Positions 52,341 to 64,000 of a stretch of 64,000 nt of DNA are shown here, piece by piece (within the stretch, counting starts at the first letter, position 1; the number at the start of each line of letters is the position of its first letter). The stretch is from assembly GCF_000150275.1 (NCBI RefSeq), contig NW_002060947.1, positions 4,445,220-4,509,219 on the forward strand, written 5' to 3'. The translations under genes and the position numbers were made by a program. The notes beneath the pieces were generated by a model that saw nothing but the letters and a program-made list of their open reading frames with translations, had not been told where the DNA came from and did not search any database. This DNA comes from Trichoplax adhaerens (Eukaryota; Animalia; Placozoa).

Positions 52341-53118
52341 CGAAGTTTTAGATGATCAAAAATAAATAAAATATTTTGCAATTTTAATTCATTTTATATC
52401 AATTGAAAGAAAAAGAGTGGAAATACAAGAGTCTGTCGATAGAATTTTCGTACGGTATCTAATTTTTTCATAAATTACGTTTAATGAGAAACAGTTATTT
52501 CTAGTACAGTAGAAGTCCCTGACTGTACATTCTACAATACAGTAGGCACAGTAGTAGTTGGAGTTAAACAGAACTGCATCCAAACACCTACTGACAACAT
52601 CTCATTAAAACGAAGACTGCTGTAGACCATGGATACTGGACAGGGGCTATTAAAAAGAAGACAGAATTTAGTAGTCTCTGGGTATACGCTTTTATTGGTA
52701 CCATATAGTAGAATGACCGAAAAAATGATATAAGCCTTGGCATTATTTTGCACCGACGGTCGTTGGCAGTCCCGTTTCTGTCTTATTTAGTAGTCCAAGA
52801 CTAGACAAACTTACAGCATCATTAGCATGGTGCAAGTAGACTACGTCAGGGTGCAAATGAATGCTATAAAACGCAATAATATGCTGTTAAAGTATGATCT
52901 ACCAATAAATTTATGCTCAAGCCTAATGGTCTTGCTTAGTCTTGTTTAGTCTTGCTCTTGCTATTTTGTTGACATTTTTACAACTGACTCAGTACAGCAG
53001 GTTGTTCCACTCGTGATATTCTCTTGCTATAAGTTTACTGAATTTTCCAGCATTCTCATATCGGTACTAAGGGAGATGCGGGTTGTGTTTGCCCCCTTAT
53101 AATATATTTATATATATA

Positions 53119-53706
53119 TGTCACAACCCTCACTTGTGGCAAAGGAAAGTAAAGAACTCTAGTGTAGTTACTTAAAACTTGGGCTATTTCTCCCAGTACT
53201 TTCAGTTTTTATGAGAGAAGTATTTGAGAACTCGATTTCTCGGCTGATCTCCACTGACAACTGACTAATTATTACACTATTCTTCACGATATGAGTCTTG
53301 CCGTTTCTTGAGCAATTACTAACTTTATTCTACAAACACACGCGCTTAAATATGTTTCTACAGTGGATTCCAACATTAACGAGTGAGAATTCATGCTTTA
53401 CAAGTTACATTAATTAGTATATTACCATTACTAAATATACATGTCGATATTCTCAGACTTAGATAGCTACAAGCTATCAGGTGTTAAGACGCTTAACCTT
53501 CGTCCATATACAGCTCAATTTTTAGAGATTAACACACCTTATAAACCTACAGTAAATTAACTGCTAACAACTTCTATTTTTATCTCATTTCTACCATCCT
53601 ATTATCAGCTACAAGCGCATTAAAACATAGCACATAACCTTGTCTTATCTATTCATAAGCATTCATTAATTTACAGTTACTTAATTAGTAACGGCGTACC
53701 GTGACA
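53119..53706 (-). mobile_element. Solo LTR (588 bp) of an LTR retrotransposon
   Basis: Termini TGTCAC...GTGACA (6-bp inverted, TG..CA), flanked by ATATA at 53114-53118 and 53707-53711; AATAAA on the minus strand near 53325; no coding remnant. Confidence 0.7.
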
Positions 53707-55251
53707 ATATACTGTACAAAGCTATTACGCTAAATTATAGTTATTTATACCTATACATAAATATAATAGGTATTGCCTATACTGTATGATATCCATTAAT
53801 TATACTGTACTAGTATATCAGTTTAGTTTGATCCGGTTGCGATTCCTTTCATCAGACTTAATAGAAAGTATTTACGCGGGCATTCTATAGATACTTGTTA
53901 CTTGTTATCATAGCAATCGAATAGACTTGTTGCGAATTAGGTACTAATCTTGATAGGACAGGCAAAGTGGAAATGGTATATCTGCACAGTACTGTGATCA
54001 TCAAACATCTATGAACATTTTACCGATTGTAGTTCCTCGTGAAGCAGACGAGTTCAGTCAATTCTCGATATTCCACTCTTTATCTGGTCTATTATGTGTA
54101 TACCAGTGATACTTTTGATGACAGTCTATATTATAAAGTAGAGAAGAATTTGTAAGGTATCAGTTTCCTATTTTGCTGTGCGCATATTTCTAATTGATCT
54201 GTCTAATTTAATGCGGGCTGTACATGCAATATAGATAATTTTGATAGCCTACTTCATAATATAGGGTAGCAACTCCAAAAGTATTCATTGCATCGTACCA
54301 ATATCATTTTTCTTAAACAAATTTTAATTTCTATACTTTAGACAATTGAACTTAATTTTGTTTACTTACGATAAATAATATCTCTTGGAGCGGAGAGGGA
54401 TCTGTATCTCATGGAGATTTTTTGTTTGAATTAAAGGCAATATCCGGTTATGATTATTCTTTATCTTGATCAAGCTTAGTGTTATGAACTTCCAATGTTT
54501 ACGTTAATTGATACTGTCAAACTAATTTCAATTAGTTGCCATGGTACTTTTAAAGCATAAGCAAATTGGTCATTATAACATGTAGTAATTTTTCAAATAA
54601 GCTATGATTGTCAATAATAATGAATAATCAAGCACATCTGTTAGTTAATTAATGTCAACAACGTCCCTAAGCCTTTAACGAGGTCGATAACATTTTAACA
54701 TGATCTATCGATGCTCATGAATACAGACATGAAGAGTACAAGAGTACAATCCAGTTAAGAGTTACGTATTAATTATCTACGATAGACGATAATTGTCCGT
54801 ATAAATGGTGCCGGTATTAGCTTTCTAGAATAATTAATAACGTAATCTGTAATCCGTTTTAGGTCTAATTATACCAGTTGAAGATACTACTATAGTGCCA
54901 ATTTTATAAATACTGTATCACCCAGTAAAGAATTGAACCTTTTTAATATAGGACAAACTTTAGGTATACTGACTATTGAAACTATTAATATTTTAAATCA
55001 CAGCAGCTTGTTTATTTATCTAACGATTTCATTCTTCCTTTCTGACGTTAAATAATAATTCGGTTGTTATCGGCCGTACAATCTTCAATATCTTCGTAGA
55101 TGAGGTAAACTTACAACTTGAAACAATTTATTAATTAAACGGTTAATAATCTTCAATTTCTGCGTGCTAGACATACTAACAACAAATCCTATCAATAAAT
55201 TAATTTTATAGTTTTAAACTCTAGCATTCTCAATTGACGAAGAGGTATACT

Positions 55252-58200
55252 ATGAATTCAATCACTTTGTATTTATCCGTTTACTTTTCGGTAAGTAGTC
55301 TCCCAAATCATAGAATTTCTTATTGAATAATATCTTTTTTGTATCATTTCATTCGATTTCCAGTGGTAATGATGTATGACACACAGTAGAAAATTTTGAA
55401 TAAACTGTCGTTTCTGGCTTACAAGACGCAAAGTCTAACTAAATAATTTTATTTTTTTAATTATAGATCATTCTCTTGCTGTCAGGTAAAATTTTGTTCA
55501 CACCATAGAATATTTGTTAAAAGTTGTTTAATGTATCATCCTTAGGTGAACTATTTTTCAATATTTATTGAATCATTGAATTTTGATTAACTTTAAATTT
55601 CTGACCTTTTTTGAAAGTTTGATAATTCGATAGTTTGATTCGATCGTACCGTAGGCCCACTACTGGGATTATGTTCGTGTCCAGATAATACTTGGATTCA
55701 ACATGATGGGAGTTGCTATAAATCTTTTGCTGAACCGAAAACTTTCGAAAGTTCTCAACAACAGTGTCAAAGCAATAATAGTGAATTAGTTACCATTGAC
55801 ACTAGAGAGGAAAATATTTTTCTTGCATCGAATGTTCTTGGAAATCAAAATTTAAAATTTTGGATTGGATTACAAGATAAAACAGGAGATAAGAATTTTA
55901 CAAGCTATCAATGGATGTCTAACCTAGAATATTTAGATTCAGCACTTTATCAGAATTGGCAGTATGATAATCCAGTTGAGGCAGAATATCGCTGTGTCTA
56001 TTTTACTACACTAGGATGGTATAACTATCCATGTTCAAGTAAACTGCCGTTTATATGCGAACCAGGTCAGAATATTAGTTTTAATGGAGTTCTATCAAAT
56101 TAAAAAAAAGTGATTAGCGATGATAGATCCATCTGCGAATTTGTTTAATACGAATGTTCTGACCCGTAAGAATACCTTAAGAGTTTTTTTGCTACGTAGT
56201 CAATAGATTTGCTGTCACTGCGATTAATTAGGTTTTTGTAATAAAGTGATATTCAAAGTTTATCAACTTAATCTTCTAATGATTGATATATCATGTGCAT
56301 ATTTAAGATTACTTCTAACTCAGGGTAAGACAAATTCTAGCACTACAGCCTTTCATTCTTTTACTCAATTTTCTTTTAATATCGGATGTATTTCCTTTAT
56401 AGATAACTCTAGTTGTGATCATCATTGGGAGAATATTAGTAACGTTTGCTTTATTGTGGTAAATCAATCACTAACGTTTGAAGATGCAAATATATATTGC
56501 TCTAACTATCATAATGGGCGGCTGATGGCCGTAGACAGTTATGCTAAACAGACGGTGATACAATCTCATATCCAGCCTTTATCGCAAGATCGATACTGGA
56601 TAGGCATTCAACAGCTATACTATCAATCCAATGACTTTAACTACTATTGGCTATTCTCACAAAAATCAACAAAAGATAGTGGTTATACCTTTTGGTCATC
56701 TTCATCGCCGTATGATTATAAGCTACGATGTGTTAGAGTGCTCTCTTCCTCGTATAGTAACACTTGGGCAAACTATCCATGCAGTTACACCTATCAATCC
56801 GTATGTGAGATGCATATAGGTAAAGTTCAGAAAATTGTGAATTAAAAATAAAGGTTTCTCTACGTTCAGGACTATTTAATAAAAATTCTGTGATTCAAAG
56901 TAACGTAACGACGGAAATTTTAAACTAGTATATGAATATTTGTGTCCGTACAATTGTACAGACTGAACTGGACATTATATGAAAAGAATAATTGCATTGC
57001 TGTTTATCAATTCCGCTCTGGAAATATGTTATTATTAATTTACTTAATGTTGCACAATATTTTGAGTTAATAAGATATGGCCTTTCTGTTACGCTACTAT
57101 GGATACAAAATCGTATTAATGTGTTACAGTTACTGTGATAACTGATCTTGCCTGTTTCATTTCTTAATGAATGAAACAGAAATAGACCGCAAGTGTTTCA
57201 TAGAATAATTAATTAAAATGAATTTAGAAAAAATTCAGAAACAAATAACGATTTTTTTACGCCGCACTACAATCATTATACGACAGGGTTTAAATTTCGT
57301 AAATATTGCATTCAGTTTTAGATAGATAATCTATGTACGTATTAGAGACGATCTTGAGACTCGAGGGCGATAATTAGATGTATAAGCAATATTAATGTAT
57401 TATAGGGTTTAAACAGTATTAACAAGCTGTTATGGATAACTATTCATAATGAGCCACTATTGAGTAAAATTTAGACTTTTGCCATTTTAGATATTTTTTA
57501 CTGTAATTTTATAATGCACCCGTATATGCGTTTCAGTGCACTCGATCTTATTCAGGAGACATTATGGTTGCTATAATTACACTCATACTAGTATGATAAT
57601 TGATTTAAGTTGCCTAGTTTACGCTATTGGTCGTATTCCCTGCTAGTAAACGTCGTAGAGTATCTTTACGCTTTTAGATTAAGAATAATAATTCTATATA
57701 CTTTACGTCGAATTCTAATTATTAATTAGTTTTGTTATATTCTTATGTTTGTATTGGCTTGATGTGTTACTACAAATAAGCTTCCGTGACAGGTTACTAT
57801 TGCTAAAGTGTACACAATCTGGCTGTAATATAAAATTTACTTATTGACTTAATCTAAAAGCGAAATTCTGAATACAGTTATGGATTAGTAAGAGACGTTT
57901 TTCTTCCATGTTTAACTTAGTTTAAAAACGGACTATGCTAGAAATTACGTGAAAATGCAAATTAAATCTTATTTTATTTTGGGATTATTACAGGAGCCGG
58001 TTCGAGCTGTCCAACATACTGGAAAGCATTTAATTCCAGCATTTGTCTTCAGTATATCCTCGATTATTTGAAATTCGGCGAAGCTAGAAGCTATTGTAAT
58101 TCGTTAAATGCTAGTTTAGTAGTTATTGACAGTCAAGATAAACAAGACTTCGTAGGAAATTTAATTGGCGGTCCTTCTGTTAGGACGTATTGGATAGGAT

Positions 58201-61200
58201 TAGTAGATATTAGAGGAGACAATTCGGTTACAAGTTTTCAGTGGTACTCCACTGACAAAACATTAGCTGAAACTGGTTATTCGAATTGGGAAGATAATTA
58301 TCCAACTAGTTACAAAGAGCAGTGCGTTTATCTATTAGCCGGAAAATGGAATAATGTAGTTTGTGGGATACCTCTATCATTCGTTTGCGAACTAAGTATG
58401 TATCTTATTTTCTGTAAAATTTCGTTATATCGTTTCCATGAAGTGTTCGGCAGACGACTGATATTGAGAATACAAAGTCGATTAAAAGCTAAAGTTTACC
58501 TTAGTTACTCTTTATAGCTATATTTATCAGGTCTGTTAATGCAATGTGATTATGGATTAGATTATGTTATTAATTATTGAATAAATAGCCCGACAACTAC
58601 TATNTTAGCCTTAATACAAAGCATTATCATAAAGTTTCTAGATATGATAATAGTATACAATGACATATCGAAATCGTTTTAAATATTAGACGCTTTGACT
58701 TTTACAGATCAAAGTTCGCCTCAAGATTCCTATGATACTGCTACATCAGTATTTACTTCGGTTATTATCCTTGAAAATATCGGTAATAAAGTACTTATGC
58801 TTTGTAGTTTATTTCTAATTATTAAAGTAAAAATGACCAAAATAACGAACTTGAAAATAAGATTTTCATTATTCATTAACTGAAGTCATTAACTATTAGC
58901 ATATTGGAAAGTTATCTACAATAAGATATGGTATGAATTATAATTTCAACAACATTACTTACGATTTCATTACTCGTTTATATCAAAATACGATATAATA
59001 TTGCAAAAATATTGTCTGATAGTGACAAAAGGTTATAATATAGATTATTTTCTCAAATACTGTCTAATTTCTTTAATTACTCGATAGTAATTTCGCAAAG
59101 TAATTTAGTTTGCAAATGTATCAGACTCTGAAGACGAGAGTATTAGCAAGAATAGCAAATCTACTCCTTGAGAAAACTTTAAGCAAAGACATTTTAGTTA
59201 TAATAACGTACTAGAATAGTTACCTATGAACACTTGAGCAGTTCTATTCCTCTATTGTATAGCTAAAAGATTATAACTATTTAAGAATGTAGAATTAAAT
59301 TTAACTTTAAGCTCGCTTTTATCACGTTATGTTTTAAGAGTATAATTGTTACCTAATTGAGGGATCTATTTCAATGATTTTACGTGGTACAGATTATGAA
59401 GAGTCAGCTTCGATCAGCTTGGAAGTCCATACTGTTGTAGGTTAGAGCTATTTAAGTATGAGGTAGAAGAAATTATGATTCGTTATATAATTAAGAAAGC
59501 TATTGTATGCAAGATATCTGTTTCTAGGTAGCTGTAGTAGTATGTTACACGGATATCGATCCCTAACCCTAACTCTAACCCTAAGCTTACCGATAAACGG
59601 TACCTACATCGACGTATTGATGATAGAAATTATGATATTCTCTAGAATATTAAGTGCGTCGATAGTTTCCTTAACTAAACAAGATGTTTATAGGAGCAAT
59701 TAGACGATCCAATTGTTATGGTATAACTTTGAATATGAGCACTGTTAGAAATATTCTATTGAGTTATTTTCGATTTAAATAAAAGTATTAGATTCGATCA
59801 AAGGATATTTAGCGTGATTCAACTAACTATAACTAATTCGTGTTGCAAGAAAAATCCGTTGAAATTTAAGCTTTAAGTTTCGAAACTTAGGTTATAACAT
59901 TTTGTTACGAGACAAAATCGTTCTTCATTAAATCTTAAAAAGTTGTATAGAAATTAGCAAGGAAGTGAAAATTAGATTTATGAGTGTAATCTTTACATTA
60001 AGCATAGTCAATGATTCGATAAATAATATACGATTCTATAGGGATGAATTCAGTGCTAAAGTAATAGATTTCATGCGTTAAGGTCACAGCTTTTATTTTG
60101 AAATAGTAAACATGATTGATACCATATTAATTGTATCCATATACAGTATAAGGCTATCCTTGAAGAAAATCGGATATAAATTTAACAATACTAGTTATTA
60201 ATAATGATTAGTGTACAGACCTATTCAGTAAGATTTTTGATTGCGTTTATTCATGTCTACTATTCTAGTTCAATCGTCACCCGTTATTACCGAACCTTCA
60301 TCCTTGAGTGTAAAAGATATTATAAATGGTAATTTTTAAAATGTGATTAAGAATCAATTAATTTTGGCTATTGTTAATCTAAGGTAGCCGAAGTAATTGG
60401 CTATTAAGTTACCTTGCGTAGAAAAATTAAGAATACAAATTTTAATTTAAGCTGTATTCGTATACTAAATATGAGTAAAATTTTAGATACAGCTACGGAA
60501 TATTTCCTTGAGACTTTTACTGCTTTTAAAGATTCAACTAGTAACCGTAAGTTAAAAAGATATTACCATGAAACAAGCCTTTCATCTTAAGCGGAAGATA
60601 ATAATAAAGTGAGATTTTAAGCTCTACTCTATTTTTGAATATCGATAAATTTTAGTTACTTCGAAATCTCTAACTGAATATTTTGCTTTATCGGATTCAA
60701 GTACAAGCGGTAAGTTACCGCAACTTTGATGTTAGACTTGAATATTTATAATGAGCTCTAAATTTTTCTCAAAATGATTAAATCGATTTAAATAAATGAA
60801 ATAATGTTTACAGTACTGATTAATAACAGCATATTAAATTGGAAAGAATCATTCTTTCTTCGTTTAAGATAATTTAAGCCAGCAGTAAACATGTTTAGCC
60901 CATAGTGACTATTTCTAGTGTTAAGTTGATTACTTCTAAAATGTATGCGTTTATGAGAAATTACACCGTACATGCTGTATTGTATATTCTCTGATACAAA
61001 AGCATGTTATGAGAGAAAGAAATAAATACTGTAAACTTGATAGCCAATAAAATTTATTATCCATATAAAGTTATTAAATTGGTAAACACTAAGATTACTC
61101 GTATTATAGCCTTTAATTTTCTAGAGTTATCTTCTTCAATCATCTCAATTGAATCTACTCCCGTAATTCAGAATATGGGTATGTATGCATGACGAATGAC

Positions 61201-62422
61201 GACGAAAAGATTTGTGGTTTTAAAATAATCTAATTCTTGGACTTATTTCTAATTATAGGATCTTCAATACCTGTTACATATTCTTATGCTTCCCTAGGAT
61301 TGAATAATGCTTTGGACTATCAAAGTTTGTTACATATCGAAATTTTTTAGTATCTTTTAATAATTTAAGTTATTGCGTAGTAATTTTTAGATAGTCGCTA
61401 TCGATATTAACATTTAGCAAGCAATAGTTGGACGGATAGCACAGCATCGGGGTCTTCCAAAGTTGTAACATCAATATCCAATCAAGGTATTATACATAGA
61501 ATGCCTATGATATTTTAGATAGCAGACTCAGCAGTCTTGAATCCGGTAATACTACAACATATAAATTTACTGTATATAAAGTATCTCTGTCATACGAATA
61601 AAACTCTAGAATTATTGTATAGTTAAGCTGAAGTTTATAACTTAAAGTTAAATATTATATACCAGAATAGCGGTTTAGTTATCTGCTTTTCAGATTCCTT
61701 CGAATAGGTACTGATACTTATTCATAAGGTTCGAAGTTGATTTATCATGTGAGACTAGTACACTTACTGTATAATGGAGATAATATGTCTACAAACAGAA
61801 GTACTGAAAGTGTTCAAGCTACGGATCTGCCCGAGCAAATTATACACATCTCTTGTAATGTTATTTATGTACGTACTTAAGATTAGACTTCAAAGTTTTT
61901 CTCAATAAATTGATGGACATCATAGATGCTACTTTAAAAAGCTTGCATTATGGTATTCACGTTTGGTATTTTTTTAGATGTGATTAAAATGAAGTAAACG
62001 CTCAGTCTCATATACGATTTATTATAAAATGAATACTGTTAGTAAGATACAGAAGATCAGGGACTGATATAAAAGTTAGCATTCGTGAACATCATTAATG
62101 ATAAGCTTTACAGGCAATAATGTTATAGCGTAGCTAAGTATGGATAGCTCGATTAATAACACGATCAATTTGCACACAATAGTTTCACTTAATATAAAAT
62201 ATAGTACTACCAAGATGATGATTATTTTTAAAGAATTGAATGTTTACTTTTATCGTAACAGATTTGATGACGACCAGCTATATACCTTCGGTATCTAGCA
62301 TAACTAGTGAATTAATAACCAGCCAACCTAAGACCTCTATTGTAAATTCATCTGGAATATCGTCTGCTTTGTACGATATTTGCCGTGATCCAACCTGGAA
62401 TACAATATTATGTACATGCTAG
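55252..62422 (+). CDS. Secreted or cell-surface protein with three C-type lectin domains followed by a Ser/Thr-rich mucin-like stalk; 3' end uncertain
   Basis: Signal peptide over exons 55252-55290 and 55467-55485; CTLD exons 55655-56065, 56403-56819, 57994-58395 (CP..W..SCY, WIGL/WIGI, W.N.PC...F(I/V)CE); small S/T-rich exons 58708-58782, 59393-59440, 60269-60328, 60487-60546, 60656-60709, 61125-61178, 61259-61324, 61418-61486 and from 62262. Confidence 0.85.
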
Positions 62423-63079
62423 CTATAGAATTCGTTTATCGTCTATAGTAATCAAAGCGTCTTTGATGTATTAAATATTGATGTTGCATGATGAAAATGC
62501 TAGCTGTTATTTTAATTTAACCTGGAAGGGTTATAGCTATTGTGAGGAATTTGTTTATGGCTTTTTTGTATTATTAACTATTAATCCTACTAGAATATCT
62601 TTAGTATATTTTAGTTGCAATTATTTAATTGCAACCAGTTTAGTATCAGTAGATTTACATGTGGAAAATTTAACTTAAATAACTTAATCTCTATTTTAAT
62701 ATTCTATGCCGTACATCTTGAGTTAGCCATAACCGGTTCAGATTCATCTTTGTTTGGATGGTACGGTCAAATCAGTTTCGAATTTAGTATAATTTTCGTT
62801 AGTCTGCGATCAAGATTATTTCAGATATTCGTATTTAAATTTTTACAAGTACCGTAGTAAATTAATTATGTATTTCTTCTATATATTTATCTCACGTTTA
62901 TAGACTGGCATCGATATCTACGTAATATAACTTTAAATTATTTAAAACATTCTATGCTTAAATTTCACCTGGTAAATGACAGAATAATAAAACCCAGATT
63001 GTGGAAATAAGCACTCAATTCATCGTATAGTATATTACACTGTTATTTTGTTATTAATAATGAATAATGTTTCACTTTT

Positions 63080-63129
63080 NNNNNNNNNNNNNNNNNNNNN
63101 NNNNNNNNNNNNNNNNNNNNNNNNNNNNN
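63080..63129. other. Assembly gap (50 N)
   Basis: Run of n characters. Confidence 1.
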
Positions 63130-63130
63130 T

Positions 63131-63770
63131 CGTACTGTACTGTACAGTCATACCGAACTGTACAGAGTACTGTACAGTGTACACTTGTACTGTACGTACG
63201 GTCTGTACTGTACAGGACAGTACTGTACAGTACAGTAAAATTTATGGTCCTGTCAGGTCACGGACTACGGGTTAGGGTTAAGGTTTAGGGTTACGGTGCG
63301 ATCCTCTCGGACAGACGGAGAGAAGGTTTAAAATGTCTGTCCATCCAAGAGTGATCAGTCCAAGTTTTCTTTTCGTAATTCATGCACTCAGTGTACTCTT
63401 AATCTCTTATTACTTTATCAACAGTTACTGGAGCCGACGATGAGATCACGTGGTTTCTAGTTGGAATAGCTACAAGCCTTGCTGACACGATGACTAGGCA
63501 AAGGACTACTATGGACTGCAGTGGGCCAGTCGAATCAATTTTGCCCTCCTCTGTACTACAGTACAGTATACTGTACACTTGTACAGTACTGTACTGTAAT
63601 TAGAAACTCCCTTAGATCATCCGCTGCACGAGCATTAAATGAGCTCCCGTTGAAATGCAGCACAGCCTATCATTAGCAAATGAACAACATTATAACCACT
63701 GTACTGTACAGTGTACAGTATGCCAGGTTCTACAGTCTCACTTGCAGTGTACTGTACTGTACTTGCAGTG
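63131..63770. promoter_or_regulatory. TACAG/CTGTA boxes, putative promoter of a gene not resolved in this window
   Basis: Dense clusters at 63131-63240, 63550-63600 and 63695-63770. Confidence 0.45.
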
Positions 63771-64000
63771 TTCGACCGTAATTTAGGTACGTTCACACGA
63801 TGAAGTTTTTGCAGGACTACCATAAAGACTTCAGTCAAATCCTGTATTTTTGTCTTGGTCAAGGACACTGGAAGACAAGGGCTAAACGTGACGTGGTGGG
63901 CCCAAATAGAAAAAATATATTGAAAAGGAAACGCCAACGAACTTACTTTATTTACCTAGCTTACAGCGTGATCACTCAAAATATATGAAAAAGAAACGCC

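Noticed and set aside
53957-54155. Exon-like segment (FLVKQTSSVNSRYSTLYLVYYVY..)
   Set aside because: No connecting exons or recognisable family.
1-64000. tRNA, rRNA, snRNA genes, transposase or reverse-transcriptase ORFs, prokaryotic operons
   Set aside because: None recognised by eye; small structured RNAs cannot be excluded without a covariance-model search.

Overview
AT-rich (roughly one-third GC by eye), gene-dense eukaryotic DNA with short spliceosomal introns and an animal-type gene set; composition and intron style suggest a compact early-branching animal genome such as the placozoan Trichoplax (inference only). By manual exon stitching I find nine protein-coding genes: DDIAS/noxin-like (+), Rab33 (-), DDX11/ChlR1 (+), intronless EMC7 (-) head-to-head with SEC63 (+), MCMDC2 (-) head-to-head with a trypsin-like serine protease (+), GPKOW (-), and a three-domain C-type lectin with a mucin-like stalk built from small symmetric exons (+). 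Non-coding features: a solo LTR with a target-site duplication, several tandem or direct repeats (three with 152-167 bp periods, one 102-bp array), two possible decayed genes and a 50-N gap. The strongest unexplained signal is a palindromic TACAG/CTGTA (GTAC-rich) low-complexity box that clusters just upstream of nearly every gene start and was co-duplicated with the EMC7 5' end, making it a candidate lineage-specific promoter element.
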